From: Candidatus Kaiserbacteria bacterium RIFCSPLOWO2_01_FULL_45_25
GTDB lineage: Bacteria > Patescibacteriota > Minisyncoccia > Phycocordibacterales > UBA918
Direction of reading: 5' to 3'
Assembly: GCA_001781415.1 (NCBI GenBank)
Contig: MFLT01000003.1
Span: 6,672 to 70,671 of the forward strand
Length of the DNA: 64,000 nt
How positions within the stretch are numbered: position 1 is the first letter of the stretch; each line of letters opens with the position of its first letter. The position numbers and the translations under genes were made by a program. The notes under the pieces were generated by a model. That model worked only from the letters and a program-made list of their open reading frames with translations, did not search any database and had not been told where the DNA came from. Positions 18,467 to 29,004 of this stretch are shown one piece after another.

Positions 18467-18538
18467 GTCTTAATCGTACTCCGTAGAGAGACAATCATCA
18501 AATTAGGTTGATTAATATGGTTATAATAGCGCTCTAAA

Positions 18539-18566
18539 TTGACAAATGACTGTTTTTATGTATAAT
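18539..18566 (+). promoter_or_regulatory. Consensus sigma70 promoter
   Basis: TTGACA-16-TATAAT upstream of the SD-led small gene at 18609. Confidence 0.7.
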
Positions 18567-18608
18567 GTACATCAGTAATCCGCCCTTTCAACTTCCAGGA
18601 GAATCTCC

Positions 18609-18818
18609 ATGCACTTGTCTGTCAAAGGCGCCATCGGCTGCGCCATCTTCGCCTTCATCGCCATGGCCATCTGCGGCCTACTACCATTCGTGGTGGACCT
18701 GCCGCTGGCTACCGATTTGCAGCTGGGCGCCTACGCCTTTGGCGCCGGCGTCCTGCTCTGGAGCAGCATTGAGCTGCTCAAGTACCAGTGGCACCAGCCG
18801 ATGTGGAAGGAACACTGA
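18609..18818 (+). CDS. Small 2-TM membrane protein (cassette)
   Basis: AGGAG SD, GC-rich codons, own promoter and terminator. Confidence 0.65.
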   Translation: MHLSVKGAIGCAIFAFIAMAICGLLPFVVDLPLATDLQLGAYAFGAGVLLWSSIELLKYQWHQPMWKEH

Positions 18819-19044
18819 AAAGCGCTCCGACCCAAGACCAAAGACCCACGCTTCGGCTGTGGGTTCTTTTTTATTTGACACACTCCCCTTCCTTTTGCTA
18901 CCCTAATGACATGACCACACGAAACTTTTTTTGGTTTAGTTTTTATACCGCATCAAGTCGGGTGGTCTAGTTAATGTCCTAAATTTTAGGAAAACGGAAC
19001 CGCCCCACCAGGGCGGTATTTTTTGTTCTTTAAAGGAGTACGCG

Positions 19045-19410
19045 ATGAGCGAAGAAGCAACGACCGAGGATTTGTTTTTGAGCCTATACGGTTTGACCGA
19101 GTGGGAGTTCAACCAGCTTTTGGTCAATTACGAACACTTGAACCAGGAACCAGGTGAACAGGCCTGCGCTCGCCTGCCGTTCAAGACGGTCGACGCCGCT
19201 GAAATCAAAGTCATGTTTGAACTACTCAACGGCAGGCCTCGGGGACAGGCCCTGTTGGCAACCATCCTTGATGTATGCCGCCACAACGCTCACGTGAAGA
19301 GTATTGAGAAGGCAATGCCCTTGGTTCCCAAGATGCGTGCGAGCACAATTGGTGCGTTTTATGCTCAGCACGTACCGCTCGCCGAACAATCCAACGTCGC
19401 CTCGATCTGA
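19045..19410 (+). CDS. Hypothetical protein (cassette)
   Basis: AAGGAG SD; 121 aa; terminator downstream. Confidence 0.65.
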   Translation: MSEEATTEDLFLSLYGLTEWEFNQLLVNYEHLNQEPGEQACARLPFKTVDAAEIKVMFELLNGRPRGQALLATILDVCRHNAHVKSIEKAMPLVPKMRASTIGAFYAQHVPLAEQSNVASI

Positions 19411-19524
19411 ACGAACACAAGTTCAGCAGGCACCTTCTGCTCCGCGCCATGCGCGGGGCTTTTTTGTATTATCATAAAAAGCGCAGACCGAAGGTCCGCG
19501 CTTTTCATTTCTTATCTAATTTAT

Positions 19525-22233
19525 TTACGCTACTTGTGTCGTCTCTTTCTTGGCAGCAGCTGGCTTCTCTGTCTTTACCCCTTTGACCTTGGCGCCTTGT
19601 CGCTTCACATCAAAGACAAGTTCACCCTTCTTCATCGAGACCTTCACACTACCTCGTTGAAGCATTCCTTCTCCCACCATCATATTGGCAACTGGAGTGA
19701 GAATCTTACTCTGAATCACTCGCTTGAGTGGACGAGCACCAAACTTTGGATCGTAGCCTTCTTTAGCTAAGTAATCGAGTACCTCATCAGTAACAGAAAG
19801 TTCAATTTCTTTCTTGGCTAGACGCTTCTCAACATCCTCAATTTGAATGTTGACGATACTGCGAATAGTTTCAGCCGATAAGATATCAAAGACGATAATC
19901 TCATCGAGTCGATTGAGGAATTCTGGACGGAAGAATAGTTTTAGACTATCCATCACCTTGTCCTTGGCCTGTACATACTGGGCTGCATCATCACGTTCTG
20001 AAGCAAAGCCGAAGTTAGACATGCGGTCGATATGCTCCGCCCCGATGTTTGAGGTCATCACAATAACAGTGTTGCGGAAGTTTACCTTACGCCCCTTAGC
20101 GTCGGTAAGGTGCCCTGAATCAAGTACTTGAAGCAAGATGTTGAATACCTCTGGATGAGCCTTTTCGATTTCATCGAGTAGAATCACTGAGTATGGACGA
20201 TGACGCACGCGCTCGGTGATAGAGCCTCCCTCTTCGTGTCCGATGTAACCAGGCGGTGAACCAATAATCTTTGAGACTGAGTGCTTCTCCATGTACTCAG
20301 ACATATCGATACGCACCAAGGCATCAGGGTCATTAAACATAAACTCCGTTAAAGCTCGAGATAATTCAGTCTTACCAACTCCGGTTGGTCCAAGGAATAA
20401 GAATGAACCAATTGGTCGGTTCGGGTCTGAGATACCAGCGCGTGAACGCTTGATAGCGTCGGCTACCAGCTTGATGGCATGGGTCTGTCCTACCACCTTT
20501 TCTTGGAGCACTTCTTCCATGCGAGCCAGCTTCATTGCTTCCGCTTCAAGCATGCGGGAGACAGGAATACCAGTCCAGCGTGCTACCACACTCGCAATGT
20601 CTTCTTCGGTCACCTCTTCTTTGAGAAGACGTCGAGTTCGTTGGAGTTTCTTTAGTCGCTTAAGCTTGGTATCTAGTTCACGCTGAGCTGACGGAATAGC
20701 ATCGTAACGAATCTCAGCAGCACGTGTTAAATCAGCCACCGCTTCAGCATTTTCAGCTTCTACCCTAAGTTCATCAAGTTCTTTCTTGAGTGCACTAATT
20801 TCACCAAGCGCAGTGCGTTCGTTGTTCCACTTAGTTTCGATTGCAGACGTGGTCTCACGCAACTCGCCAATTTGGTGTTCAATTTCTTTGATGCGTTCCT
20901 TGATTTTCTTTTTGTTTTCAGAAATTTCTACTTCTTTACGAAGAGCTTCACGCTCAATCTCGAGACGGCGAATTTTACGATCTGAAATCACTAGTTCTTC
21001 TGGCTTGTTCTCCAGCGAGATACGCAGAGCCGAAGCCGCTTCGTCAATAAGGTCCACTGCCTTGTCTGGCAAGAATCTATCAGTGATATATCGTGAAGAT
21101 AAGTTTACAGCGGCCACGATTGCGTCGTCAGTGATACGCACACCATGGAAGAGTTCGTACTTTTCAGATAGTCCACGCAAAATGGCGATAGCGTCATCAG
21201 TGGATGGTTCATTAACAAACACTGGCTGGAAACGTCGAGTGAGAGCTGGGTCTTTTTCGATATGTTTCTGGTACTCCTTGAGAGTAGTAGCACCAATTAC
21301 GCGCATTTCACCACGAGCCAAAGCCGGCTTAAGCATATTTGAAGCGTCCATTGAACCTTCGGCTTGGCCGGCGCCCACAATAGTGTGGAGTTCATCAATA
21401 AATAAAATAATAGAGCCAGCAGAACTTTCAACTTCTTTCATCACCGCTTTGAGACGCTCTTCAAATTCACCACGGAACTTTGTACCAGCCACCAAGAGAC
21501 CGAGGTCAAGCGAGAGAATCTCCTTCTCCTTCACTGACTCTGGTACTTGCCCAAGGACAATTTGTTGTGCCAATCCTTCTGCAATAGCCGTCTTTCCCAC
21601 TCCCGCCTCTCCGATAAGAACTGGGTTGTTCTTAGTACGACGAGACAAAATCTGAATCACTCGTTGAATTTCAACATCACGACCAATAACCGGATCAAGT
21701 TTGTTGTCTTGTGCGAGCTTGGTGAGATTACGTGTGTACTTAGTGAGCGCACGGTACTTCTTTGGTGAATGTACATCAGTCACACTATTTTCACGCACAT
21801 CCTTAATGGTGCGCATTACCTTCTCTTTATCTACACCCGCTCGGATGAGGACATCAGCCGCTGGACCAGGGTGTTCAAGCACCGCCACAAAGAGGTGTTC
21901 TACTCCCACATAAGCATCACCCATCTTCTCAGCAAATTGTCCTGAGAATTCAAGGGCCTTGGCTAGCTCTGGAGTGAGGTAGAGCTGGTACGATGGTGAA
22001 ATCGTGTTTTGCATTTCAGCAACTTCAAGCGCCTCAAGGAGGAGGTCAGTAAAGGCAATAATGTCTATATCGAGTCTATCAAGTACAGAAATAACCGCAC
22101 TCTCGTCTTGCATAGCGAGTGAAGTTAACAGATGAATTGGACTGACGTGGTTCTGACCACGTTCAATCGCTAGTTCATGGGCTTTTCGGATGGCTTCTTT
22201 GGCTTTGGATGTAAAATTTTGAAAGTTAGGCAT
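19525..22233 (-). CDS. clpB: Chaperone ClpB
   Basis: Two AAA+ modules ([16 protein letters not shown]), long coiled-coil M domain with AAEIRY, GARPLKR. Confidence 0.93.
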   Translation of the reverse strand: MPNFQNFTSKAKEAIRKAHELAIERGQNHVSPIHLLTSLAMQDESAVISVLDRLDIDIIAFTDLLLEALEVAEMQNTISPSYQLYLTPELAKALEFSGQFAEKMGDAYVGVEHLFVAVLEHPGPAADVLIRAGVDKEKVMRTIKDVRENSVTDVHSPKKYRALTKYTRNLTKLAQDNKLDPVIGRDVEIQRVIQILSRRTKNNPVLIGEAGVGKTAIAEGLAQQIVLGQVPESVKEKEILSLDLGLLVAGTKFRGEFEERLKAVMKEVESSAGSIILFIDELHTIVGAGQAEGSMDASNMLKPALARGEMRVIGATTLKEYQKHIEKDPALTRRFQPVFVNEPSTDDAIAILRGLSEKYELFHGVRITDDAIVAAVNLSSRYITDRFLPDKAVDLIDEAASALRISLENKPEELVISDRKIRRLEIEREALRKEVEISENKKKIKERIKEIEHQIGELRETTSAIETKWNNERTALGEISALKKELDELRVEAENAEAVADLTRAAEIRYDAIPSAQRELDTKLKRLKKLQRTRRLLKEEVTEEDIASVVARWTGIPVSRMLEAEAMKLARMEEVLQEKVVGQTHAIKLVADAIKRSRAGISDPNRPIGSFLFLGPTGVGKTELSRALTEFMFNDPDALVRIDMSEYMEKHSVSKIIGSPPGYIGHEEGGSITERVRHRPYSVILLDEIEKAHPEVFNILLQVLDSGHLTDAKGRKVNFRNTVIVMTSNIGAEHIDRMSNFGFASERDDAAQYVQAKDKVMDSLKLFFRPEFLNRLDEIIVFDILSAETIRSIVNIQIEDVEKRLAKKEIELSVTDEVLDYLAKEGYDPKFGARPLKRVIQSKILTPVANMMVGEGMLQRGSVKVSMKKGELVFDVKRQGAKVKGVKTEKPAAAKKETTQVA

Positions 22234-22344
22234 AGGAAGTATTGATTATACGACACGTAATTGCGTAAACAGAAAAACAGATGTTGCTAAGCGTACGGTC
22301 ACTCTTTAGTACGTGTGTAGTTACTCTATATTGCAACGAAAAGA

Positions 22345-23559
22345 CTACCTAGTCAACTCATTCATTTTGGCTTTGAAGCGAAGGAGAATTTCAACCACAT
22401 ACTTGGCGTCAGCGAGTGTGGTATCAGTAGATAGAGATAGTCTAATAGTAGACTTGGCACGTTCACTATTTCCAGTCATGGTAGACACAACCGTACTCTC
22501 TCCTCCCCCAGCACCAGCACAAGCACTCTTAGTACTAGCGGCAATTCCCTGTGCATCGAGGTACACCACGGCGTATTCGGTATCAAGTTTTGGTAATGAG
22601 ATATTTATATTGTTAGCAAGTCTCTCTTCCCCTTGTGGACCATTGAGTAGCACTTCTGGCAGAGCCTCAGTTAAGAGGTCGATGAATGAATCGCGGAGCT
22701 TACTCACACTAACGGCTCGCTCTTGGTAATCAGCTTGGGCAAGCGTGAGTGCAGTGGCGGCACCAACGATATTAGCGACATTCTCAGTACCCGGGCGCAG
22801 ACCCTGTTCTTGTCCTCCACCATAAAGAATTGGCAACAGTGGTACATTGCCACGGAGTACCAGCATACCAACCCCTTTTGGTCCGTTACATTTTCCAACA
22901 TCAAGGGACATCATGTCGACACCAAGCGGTGTAAGTGAACACGGAAGCCAAAGTGGTGCTTGAGCCGCATCAATATGAATCACTATTCTGCGACCATGAG
23001 TGTGCGTCTTTTCAAATTGCCGAACCGTACGCACCAAACGTGACACATTCTGTACTACCCCCACCTCACTATTGGCATACGCAAAAGTAACGAGCACCGT
23101 CTTTGGACTCAAGACCTTCTCTAGAGCGGCAACCGTTATCTTGCCTTCACCATCTACTTCAACAAACCGTACGGTGACTCCAGTCGCCTCAATCACTGGC
23201 ACAAGACTCATAATTGAAGGATGCTCAATGCGAGTAGTGATGACTTCCATATCACTGTAAGCAATTCCTTCCTTACGGGCGAGATATTTTAGACGGCCGA
23301 GGATAGCAAGATTATTACTCTCAGTACCACCAGAGGTAAAAAGCACCCCTTCCGGGCGAATACCAAGAGTAGTTGCAACTTTCTGCCGAGATGACTCCAC
23401 AGCAGAGCGAGCGGCGATGCCTTCCGCGTGGATAGCGCTCGGGTTTCCAAACTCAGTTTCCAAATACGGCAGCATAGCGGCACGAACCTCCTTCCGGAGT
23501 GGCGTGGCCGCCGCGGTGTCCAGATAAATGCGGCGCTTTTTACGAATTAGACTAAACAT
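22345..23559 (-). CDS. iscS: Cysteine desulfurase (IscS/NifS family)
   Basis: IYLDTAAATP, FGNPSAIH, FTSGGTESNN, RPGTENV, STKSAC. Confidence 0.9.
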   Translation of the reverse strand: MFSLIRKKRRIYLDTAAATPLRKEVRAAMLPYLETEFGNPSAIHAEGIAARSAVESSRQKVATTLGIRPEGVLFTSGGTESNNLAILGRLKYLARKEGIAYSDMEVITTRIEHPSIMSLVPVIEATGVTVRFVEVDGEGKITVAALEKVLSPKTVLVTFAYANSEVGVVQNVSRLVRTVRQFEKTHTHGRRIVIHIDAAQAPLWLPCSLTPLGVDMMSLDVGKCNGPKGVGMLVLRGNVPLLPILYGGGQEQGLRPGTENVANIVGAATALTLAQADYQERAVSVSKLRDSFIDLLTEALPEVLLNGPQGEERLANNINISLPKLDTEYAVVYLDAQGIAASTKSACAGAGGGESTVVSTMTGNSERAKSTIRLSLSTDTTLADAKYVVEILLRFKAKMNELTR

Positions 23560-23625
23560 CTCAAAATCATGACACAAGGTGTAAATTATGTAAATCTTTG
23601 CTATACTGCCCGCACTTAATTATTA

Positions 23626-23724
23626 AATGAACAAACGAGCACGCCAGTGCGACTATTGTGAATTTATACCGTTGCCTCGGCAGATTCGACCCCGCAGGGA
23701 GAATATGCTGGCGGCAATCGGTAA
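23626..23724 (+). repeat. Family-B structured intergenic element, copy 1 (infB leader)
   Basis: AACAAACGAG-hairpin-CGACTAT..stem-CGACCCCGCAGGGAG-stem. Confidence 0.8.
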
Positions 23725-23752
23725 GTGTTAATCTAAAATTTATTACAAATAT

Positions 23753-25252
23753 ATGTCAAAAAAGACCCAAACCAAAGAAAATATCGTAAAGCGCCCTCCA
23801 ATCGTAGTGGTTATGGGTCATATTGACCATGGAAAATCAACTCTCCTTGATTACATCCGTAAGAGCAATAGTGTGGACAGTGAAGCTGGTGGAATCACTC
23901 AGCATCTCTCAGCCTATGTGGTTACCCACACCACCAAAGAAAAGGCAGTAGAACAAATCACCTTCCTCGACACCCCTGGACACGAGGCCTTTCAAAAAAT
24001 GCGTTTGCGTGGCGCAGACATCGCTGATGTGGCTATTTTGGTAGTATCTGCTGAAGACGGCGTAAAGCCACAAACCCTTGAAGCCCTCGCTTCAATCAAG
24101 CAAGCGAACATCCCATACATTGTCGCTATCAACAAAATCGATAAACCGGGCGCAGACATCATGCGTACTCAAACCAGTCTCATTGAAAATGAGATCTATG
24201 TTGAAGGTATGGGTGGAGACATTCCCTGGGTCGGTATCTCAGCCAAAACTGGCGAAGGTATTCCAGACCTCCTAGATATTGTGGTACTCGCTGCAGACAT
24301 CGCTGAACTCAAGGCAGACACTAACGCACCAGCCATTGGACAAATCATCGAAGGTAAGATGGATCCAAAGCGTGGCAATACCGCTACTCTCATTGTAAAG
24401 GATGGAACCCTCAAGAAAGGCAGCTTTGTGGTATCAGGACACTCATACACACCAGTGCGTATCATGGAAGATTTTAATGGTAAGCCAGTTAGTGAGGCTG
24501 GACCAGCGACCCCAGTTGGAATTGCTGGCTTTGGTGAAATCCCAGCCGTTGGTGCCGCTTTTTATACAGTCGCTACCAAGAAAGAAGCAGAAGCTGCTAT
24601 TGAAGCTAGTCGTCCGGTCCTCCAGGACCAGAAGCGAGTCATGCAGACCCTCCCTATTATTCCAATTCTCATCAAAGCTGATGTACTTGGCACAATTGAA
24701 GCCATTGAACATGAGCTTAGTAAATTCTCTTCTGACCGTATCATCGTTCGAGTAATCGGTACGGGTGTCGGAGACATTACTTCAAACGACATCCAAAACG
24801 TTAGTGCCACTAAAGAAGCAATTGTGGTTGGTTTTAACGTAAAGGTAGAACGCCAAGCGGCTGACCTGGCTGAACGTCTCGGTGTAGAAATTGATACTTT
24901 TGATATTATCTACGAACTTTCAGACTGGCTAAACACCGCGCTCAAAAACCGTACTCCACGTATGGAAGAAATGAAGACTACCGGTAAGGTAAAAGTACTA
25001 AAATACTTCAGTTCACAAAAACACCTCCATGTTCTTGGCGCTCGTGTTGAAGAAGGTCACATCAAGATGAATCAGCGAGTAAAAATCACCCGCCGTGATG
25101 TAGAAATTGGTAAAGGTGTTATTAAGAACCTCCAACAATACAAATCAGATGTACAGCAGGTTGAGGAGGGTGAATTTGGTCTCCAGCTTGATACCAAGTA
25201 CGAAGTAGCCCCAGGTGACCACCTAGAGCCTTACGATATTGTTGTTACCTAA
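23753..25252 (+). CDS. infB: Translation initiation factor IF-2 (short, lacks N-terminal domain)
   Basis: RPPIVVVMGHIDHGKSTLLD, EAGGITQH, DTPGHEAF, NKID. Confidence 0.97.
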   Translation: MSKKTQTKENIVKRPPIVVVMGHIDHGKSTLLDYIRKSNSVDSEAGGITQHLSAYVVTHTTKEKAVEQITFLDTPGHEAFQKMRLRGADIADVAILVVSAEDGVKPQTLEALASIKQANIPYIVAINKIDKPGADIMRTQTSLIENEIYVEGMGGDIPWVGISAKTGEGIPDLLDIVVLAADIAELKADTNAPAIGQIIEGKMDPKRGNTATLIVKDGTLKKGSFVVSGHSYTPVRIMEDFNGKPVSEAGPATPVGIAGFGEIPAVGAAFYTVATKKEAEAAIEASRPVLQDQKRVMQTLPIIPILIKADVLGTIEAIEHELSKFSSDRIIVRVIGTGVGDITSNDIQNVSATKEAIVVGFNVKVERQAADLAERLGVEIDTFDIIYELSDWLNTALKNRTPRMEEMKTTGKVKVLKYFSSQKHLHVLGARVEEGHIKMNQRVKITRRDVEIGKGVIKNLQQYKSDVQQVEEGEFGLQLDTKYEVAPGDHLEPYDIVVT

Positions 25253-25261
25253 TTATTTTAT

Positions 25262-25600
25262 ATGTCTACTGGTCGTCATTTACGAGTTGAATCACTTATT
25301 CGCGAATTAGTCGCGGGGTTTATTCAGCATGAAGCCAATACAGACCCGCTCATCACAGTTACTCACGTCACCACTTCACCTGACTACCGCCGTATCACTG
25401 TTTTTTTTACCACCATGCCTGAAGGAAAAGAGAAAGAAGCAGCAGCCCTTGCTTTCCTCATGCGTAGTGGTGGTGAGCTTCGTGGCTACATCAAGAAGAA
25501 GAGTAACCTCAAAATCATCCCATTTATCGAGTTTGCAGTAGACTATGGCGAACGTCATCGTCAGCACATCGATGAGATCGCTCGCGAGATTGATAAATAA
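25262..25600 (+). CDS. rbfA: Ribosome-binding factor A
   Basis: Follows infB; ITVTHVTTSPD and LKIIPFIEFAVD pattern. Confidence 0.88.
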   Translation: MSTGRHLRVESLIRELVAGFIQHEANTDPLITVTHVTTSPDYRRITVFFTTMPEGKEKEAAALAFLMRSGGELRGYIKKKSNLKIIPFIEFAVDYGERHRQHIDEIAREIDK

Positions 25601-25638
25601 TAAAAAAGCTGCTCAACTGAGCAGCTTTTTCTATATTG

Positions 25639-25711
25639 AGACCAGAGCGGGAGTCGAACCCGCGCGTGGCGGTTTTGCAAACCGCAGCGTTAACCACTTC
25701 GCCATCTGGTC
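25639..25711 (-). tRNA. tRNA-Cys(GCA)
   Basis: Reverse complement GACCAGA..TCTGGTC-T; GCGGT-TTGCAAA-ACCGC; TTCGACT. Confidence 0.94.
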
Positions 25712-25773
25712 AAATTGGTGCCTTACACTGTATCACCCTTCCCTTTGTTTATAAACCCCAGACATAATGATAA

Positions 25774-25974
25774 AGTACGCCAAAATGCGAGCTCTGCGGC
25801 TGGGCAGAGGTGTCGAAAGATGGTAGAATCCCAGTCGAACTCGATCATATAAACGGTAATCACCGTGATAATCGGCTAGAAAATTTAAGAGTTCTCTGCC
25901 CAAATTGTCATAGTCTGCAGCCGACGCATCGAGGAAAAAATCAAAAGAAACCGCCGGGGTGGCGAAATCGGTAG
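25774..25974 (+). pseudogene. 5'-truncated zinc-binding HNH endonuclease overlapping the tRNA-Leu 5' end (not in ORF track)
   Basis: Frame reads CELCGW..VELDHINGNHRDNRLENLRVLCPNCH. No start codon (TAA TGA TAA upstream); stop lies inside the tRNA D-arm. Confidence 0.85.
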
Positions 25975-26036
25975 ACGCGCAACACTTAAAATGTTGTAGG
26001 CGAAAGCCTATATGGGTTCAAGTCCCATTCTCGGCA
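25953..26036 (+). tRNA. tRNA-Leu(UAA)
   Basis: GCCGGGG..TCTCGGC; CAACA-CTTAAAA-TGTTG; long variable arm. Confidence 0.95.
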
Positions 26037-26240
26037 CAAACAAAAATCATCAGCTTTGGCTGATGATTTTTGTTTGTGCCGAGAAAGAAAGCAAACTACT
26101 TTGCTTTCGGTGGGACTTGAAGCTCCGGACGATATGCTCTGCTCTGTGAAGAGCAGAGCATAAGGAGGAGCCGACCAAGAACGCGAGACTGTTTTATGAG
26201 TAAAGCGAAATAAAAGAGCCGCGATTCTGGGTCAAGTCCC
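26037..26240 (+). repeat. tRNA fold-back array (Leu-UAA locus), core variant C
   Basis: GTGCCGAGAA[26086-26110]TGGGACTTGAA inverted copy; core GCTCCGGACGA..ATTCTGGG; direct TCAAGTCCC. Confidence 0.85.
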
Positions 26241-26318
26241 CCACCCCATAATTTGACATTTTGCGCATACATTGTATTATTTAGGGAGATTGCCCCTTCA
26301 ACAACCGGAGACTCTACC

Positions 26319-26735
26319 ATGAACGACATCATCTTTTTGGTTCTCGATCATGGAATCGGGAAGCAAATGACCTTGCAAATGGTTCAGGAAATGCGCAAGA
26401 AAGTAGCCTATGCGCTACTTGTGCACTATGAGGTTTTCGACCAGTCCGAAGGCCACTACCGGCCACTGACCTCACGTGAGCAAGTACGCCTCCTCCCCGA
26501 GGACAACCTGCTACGTATTGCTCGCCAAGACGAGCATCCGGAACAACTGCCCGGCGAAATTTATCTTGGCTCCTTTGAGCCGAGTGAAATCAAAAGTCTT
26601 TTTGTACTCACCTCCTGGCAGCCACGTACCGGCGACAAAGCCTATGCGAAGTCGGGAAAGGTCCTTTACGACCACCGACCGGTGTTTGCCAAAGCGTCGG
26701 ACATCTTCATGATGACCGAGAAAATTTCGGCCTAA
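26319..26735 (+). CDS. Hypothetical protein (cassette between tRNA genes)
   Basis: TTGACA promoter, GGAG SD, terminator at about 26766-26797. Confidence 0.7.
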   Translation: MNDIIFLVLDHGIGKQMTLQMVQEMRKKVAYALLVHYEVFDQSEGHYRPLTSREQVRLLPEDNLLRIARQDEHPEQLPGEIYLGSFEPSEIKSLFVLTSWQPRTGDKAYAKSGKVLYDHRPVFAKASDIFMMTEKISA

Positions 26736-26844
26736 AAAGCCGTCAAATGAAGCCGATGCGCCGACAACAGCCCCACAAATGTGGGGCTGTTTCTTTTCCT
26801 TCTTGTATATTATAAACATTTGTTGTACACTTCTTGCCACATCC

Positions 26845-26917
26845 GCCCTCTTAGCTCAGCTGGTAGAGCAGCTCCCTCTTAAGGAGAAGGTCCAAGGTTC
26901 GATCCCTTGAGGGGGCA
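26845..26917 (+). tRNA. tRNA-Lys(CUU), G27.A43 mismatch
   Basis: GCCCTCT..AGGGGGC; GCTCC-CTCTTAA-GGAGA; TTCGATC. Confidence 0.94.
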
Positions 26918-27186
26918 CATACGTAAAGCAAAACACCCTATCCACATGGATAGGGTGTTTTGCTTTAGCATCTGCCCTGCGGCAGATGCGTGCGTATGTG
27001 CCGACCGCAGCGATGCCGGAGGCGAGCGAGGTGGGGTCGAGAGTACTTAGCAGAATCTGAGCTTGTGAAAGATTATGCTTAGATAAAACTTTCTGGGAGA
27101 TAGTTTTATCGTGACCACAAAAGGAGATACCCCTTGAAGGCAAGACTAACAATTATACTTAGTGATTCGTGACCACACGTGCCCCC
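26918..27186 (+). repeat. tRNA fold-back array (Lys locus)
   Basis: Long hairpin with a 25-nt insert at 26967-26991; family-A core 27004-27116; tRNA fragments CCCTTGA and GTGCCCCC. Confidence 0.82.
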
Positions 27187-27249
27187 AACAGTTAAATACC
27201 CGTATCTCTCGCCATATTTATATTTTATGCTATACTCTTCCCCACACCT

Positions 27250-27331
27250 GCGCGGGTGGCGAAATTGGTAGACGCGTTAGTCTTAGGAACTAATAGGGTA
27301 ACCTGTGGAGGTTCAAGTCCTCTCCCGCGCA
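27250..27331 (+). tRNA. tRNA-Leu(UAG)
   Basis: GCGCGGG..CCCGCGC; TTAGT-CTTAGGA-ACTAA; long variable arm. Confidence 0.95.
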
Positions 27332-27489
27332 CAGTAATAAAACCGCCTCTGGCGGTTTTATTGTGCGCGGGAGAGCAAAGCGCTAATGCGCTTTGCGTAG
27401 GACTTGAAAGCCGGAACGATGCCGGAGGCGAGTGAGGCGGGGTCGCGGAAAATCTCTGAAAGAGATTTATCTGTGACCAAGTCCTCTCC
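27332..27489 (+). repeat. tRNA fold-back array (Leu-UAG locus)
   Basis: GTGCGCGGGAG[27374-27398]AGGACTTGAA inverted copy; core 27409-27478; direct CAAGTCCTCTCC. Confidence 0.87.
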
Positions 27490-27597
27490 TTGCTTAAACC
27501 TTCATCAAAACCTATACCGCTCATGTAATGAGAAAGACTCCTCTACGCACAAACAAAAAGACCCGAAAGGGTCTTTTTGTTTACCTTAAAAATTTTC

Positions 27598-28632
27598 CTA
27601 CCCCGCCCGCAACTTCGTCTTCTTAAACTGGGCTGGTCTAAAGTATCGGTTATAGTATCGGGCATATAGCTTCTTCAGCTTTTCTGGGGCCTTATCAGTC
27701 AGACGACACTTAGCAGAACAATACCCGTCTCGTGCCTTAATACAGGCATCACAACCCAAAAACAACACGTGGCAGACCTGGTTTTTGCAGTGATAGTGGG
27801 TATCGCTCTTGGCGGTCCGGCACAGGTGGCAATGTGAGATAACCTCGTCACCCACTCGTTCACCGAGGCGCTCATCAAACACAAAGTTCTTACCTTTAAA
27901 CTTGTTTGGCAGACCCTCTCGCTCCACTTGGTGCTTATAGTCAATCACCCCACCTTTGAGGTGCTTTACGTTTGTATAGCCCTGGTGCTTCATCCAGGCA
28001 CTGGCCTTCTCACAGCGAATTCCGCCAGTGCAGTATAGAGCGATTTTTTTATTCTTATGAACAGTCAGGAGCTTAGGGACTACTTCAAGCTCTTCGCGGA
28101 AAGTATCCACATCAGGAATAATCGCATTTTCAAAATGACCAATTTCACTCTCGTACGCATTACGCATATCAATCACCACTGCCTCTGGGTCGTCGATGTA
28201 TTCATTCATCTGCGCAGCAGTAAGGTATTCACCAGTGTTAGTGACATCAAAGCTATCATCATCAAGTCCATCAGCCACAATTTTATTTCGCACCTTAATG
28301 GTGAGTTTATAGAAAGACGGCATAGGACCTTCTTCAACTGCAATCTTGTATGGAACACCAGTTAGTTCTGGTTGTGCCTGTACCCACGCGTCAAAGGCCT
28401 CAAAATGCTCTTTAGGCACGTTCATTTGAGCATTAATACCTTCATGTGCCACATAGATGCGCCCCATACAGCCAAGCGCTGCCCAAGCTTCTAGGAGTCG
28501 TAGTCTAAAAGCGTCCGGGTTACCGATTTTGACATAACGATAAAAAGACAAAGTTACTCGCGGACGAGTATCTTTGAGGGCGGCAGCCCGCTTTTCGGAG
28601 CGTGGACGAAGATCTTTTAGTAGAGTTGGCAT
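27598..28632 (-). CDS. trhO: tRNA uridine(34) hydroxylase (UPF0176/YceA rhodanese family)
   Basis: GRIYVAHEGINAQ, DMRNAYESEIGHF, YCTGGIRCEKAS, GKNFVFDER. Confidence 0.93.
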   Translation of the reverse strand: MPTLLKDLRPRSEKRAAALKDTRPRVTLSFYRYVKIGNPDAFRLRLLEAWAALGCMGRIYVAHEGINAQMNVPKEHFEAFDAWVQAQPELTGVPYKIAVEEGPMPSFYKLTIKVRNKIVADGLDDDSFDVTNTGEYLTAAQMNEYIDDPEAVVIDMRNAYESEIGHFENAIIPDVDTFREELEVVPKLLTVHKNKKIALYCTGGIRCEKASAWMKHQGYTNVKHLKGGVIDYKHQVEREGLPNKFKGKNFVFDERLGERVGDEVISHCHLCRTAKSDTHYHCKNQVCHVLFLGCDACIKARDGYCSAKCRLTDKAPEKLKKLYARYYNRYFRPAQFKKTKLRAG

Positions 28633-29004
28633 AGATATAATTAAGAACAAAATGGTACCAGAGACTATGCACTAGCGCAATGAATCTTGAAGGAGGTTCG
28701 ACCTCCTTCAGACGGATAATGGTCTAGTTTAACCTAAGCGCACATCACTACTTAAAACACCAAATTAAGTGGCTAAAGTCGCTTTTTAAACCCTTATTAA
28801 ATCAAGCCGGCCCACAAGGGCATTCTAGTGCCAAACTGCAAAATAATCCTATTTTACAAGGGTATTTTCAGTGCCATTTACTTGACTTTTGGGTCAAAGT
28901 ATGGTAATATAGCACCAGGTGGGTAGAGAAAGGTTTGGGAGCAATCCCCTTCCCGACTTTACCTAAAAAGTTATTTGACAATTTTCTTACTTTTAGGAGC
29001 GATC

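Noticed and set aside
26856-27589. Short ORFs over tRNA and fold-back regions, including the similar peptides at 26856-27152 and 48416-48613
   Set aside because: They overlap tRNAs or repeat cores, and the peptide similarity is explained by the DNA repeat.
28688-28710. Hairpin TGAAGGAGGTTCGACCTCCTTCA as a tRNA fragment
   Set aside because: It contains GGTTCGA but no cloverleaf; it is a single palindrome, possibly REP-like, with no second copy in the window.
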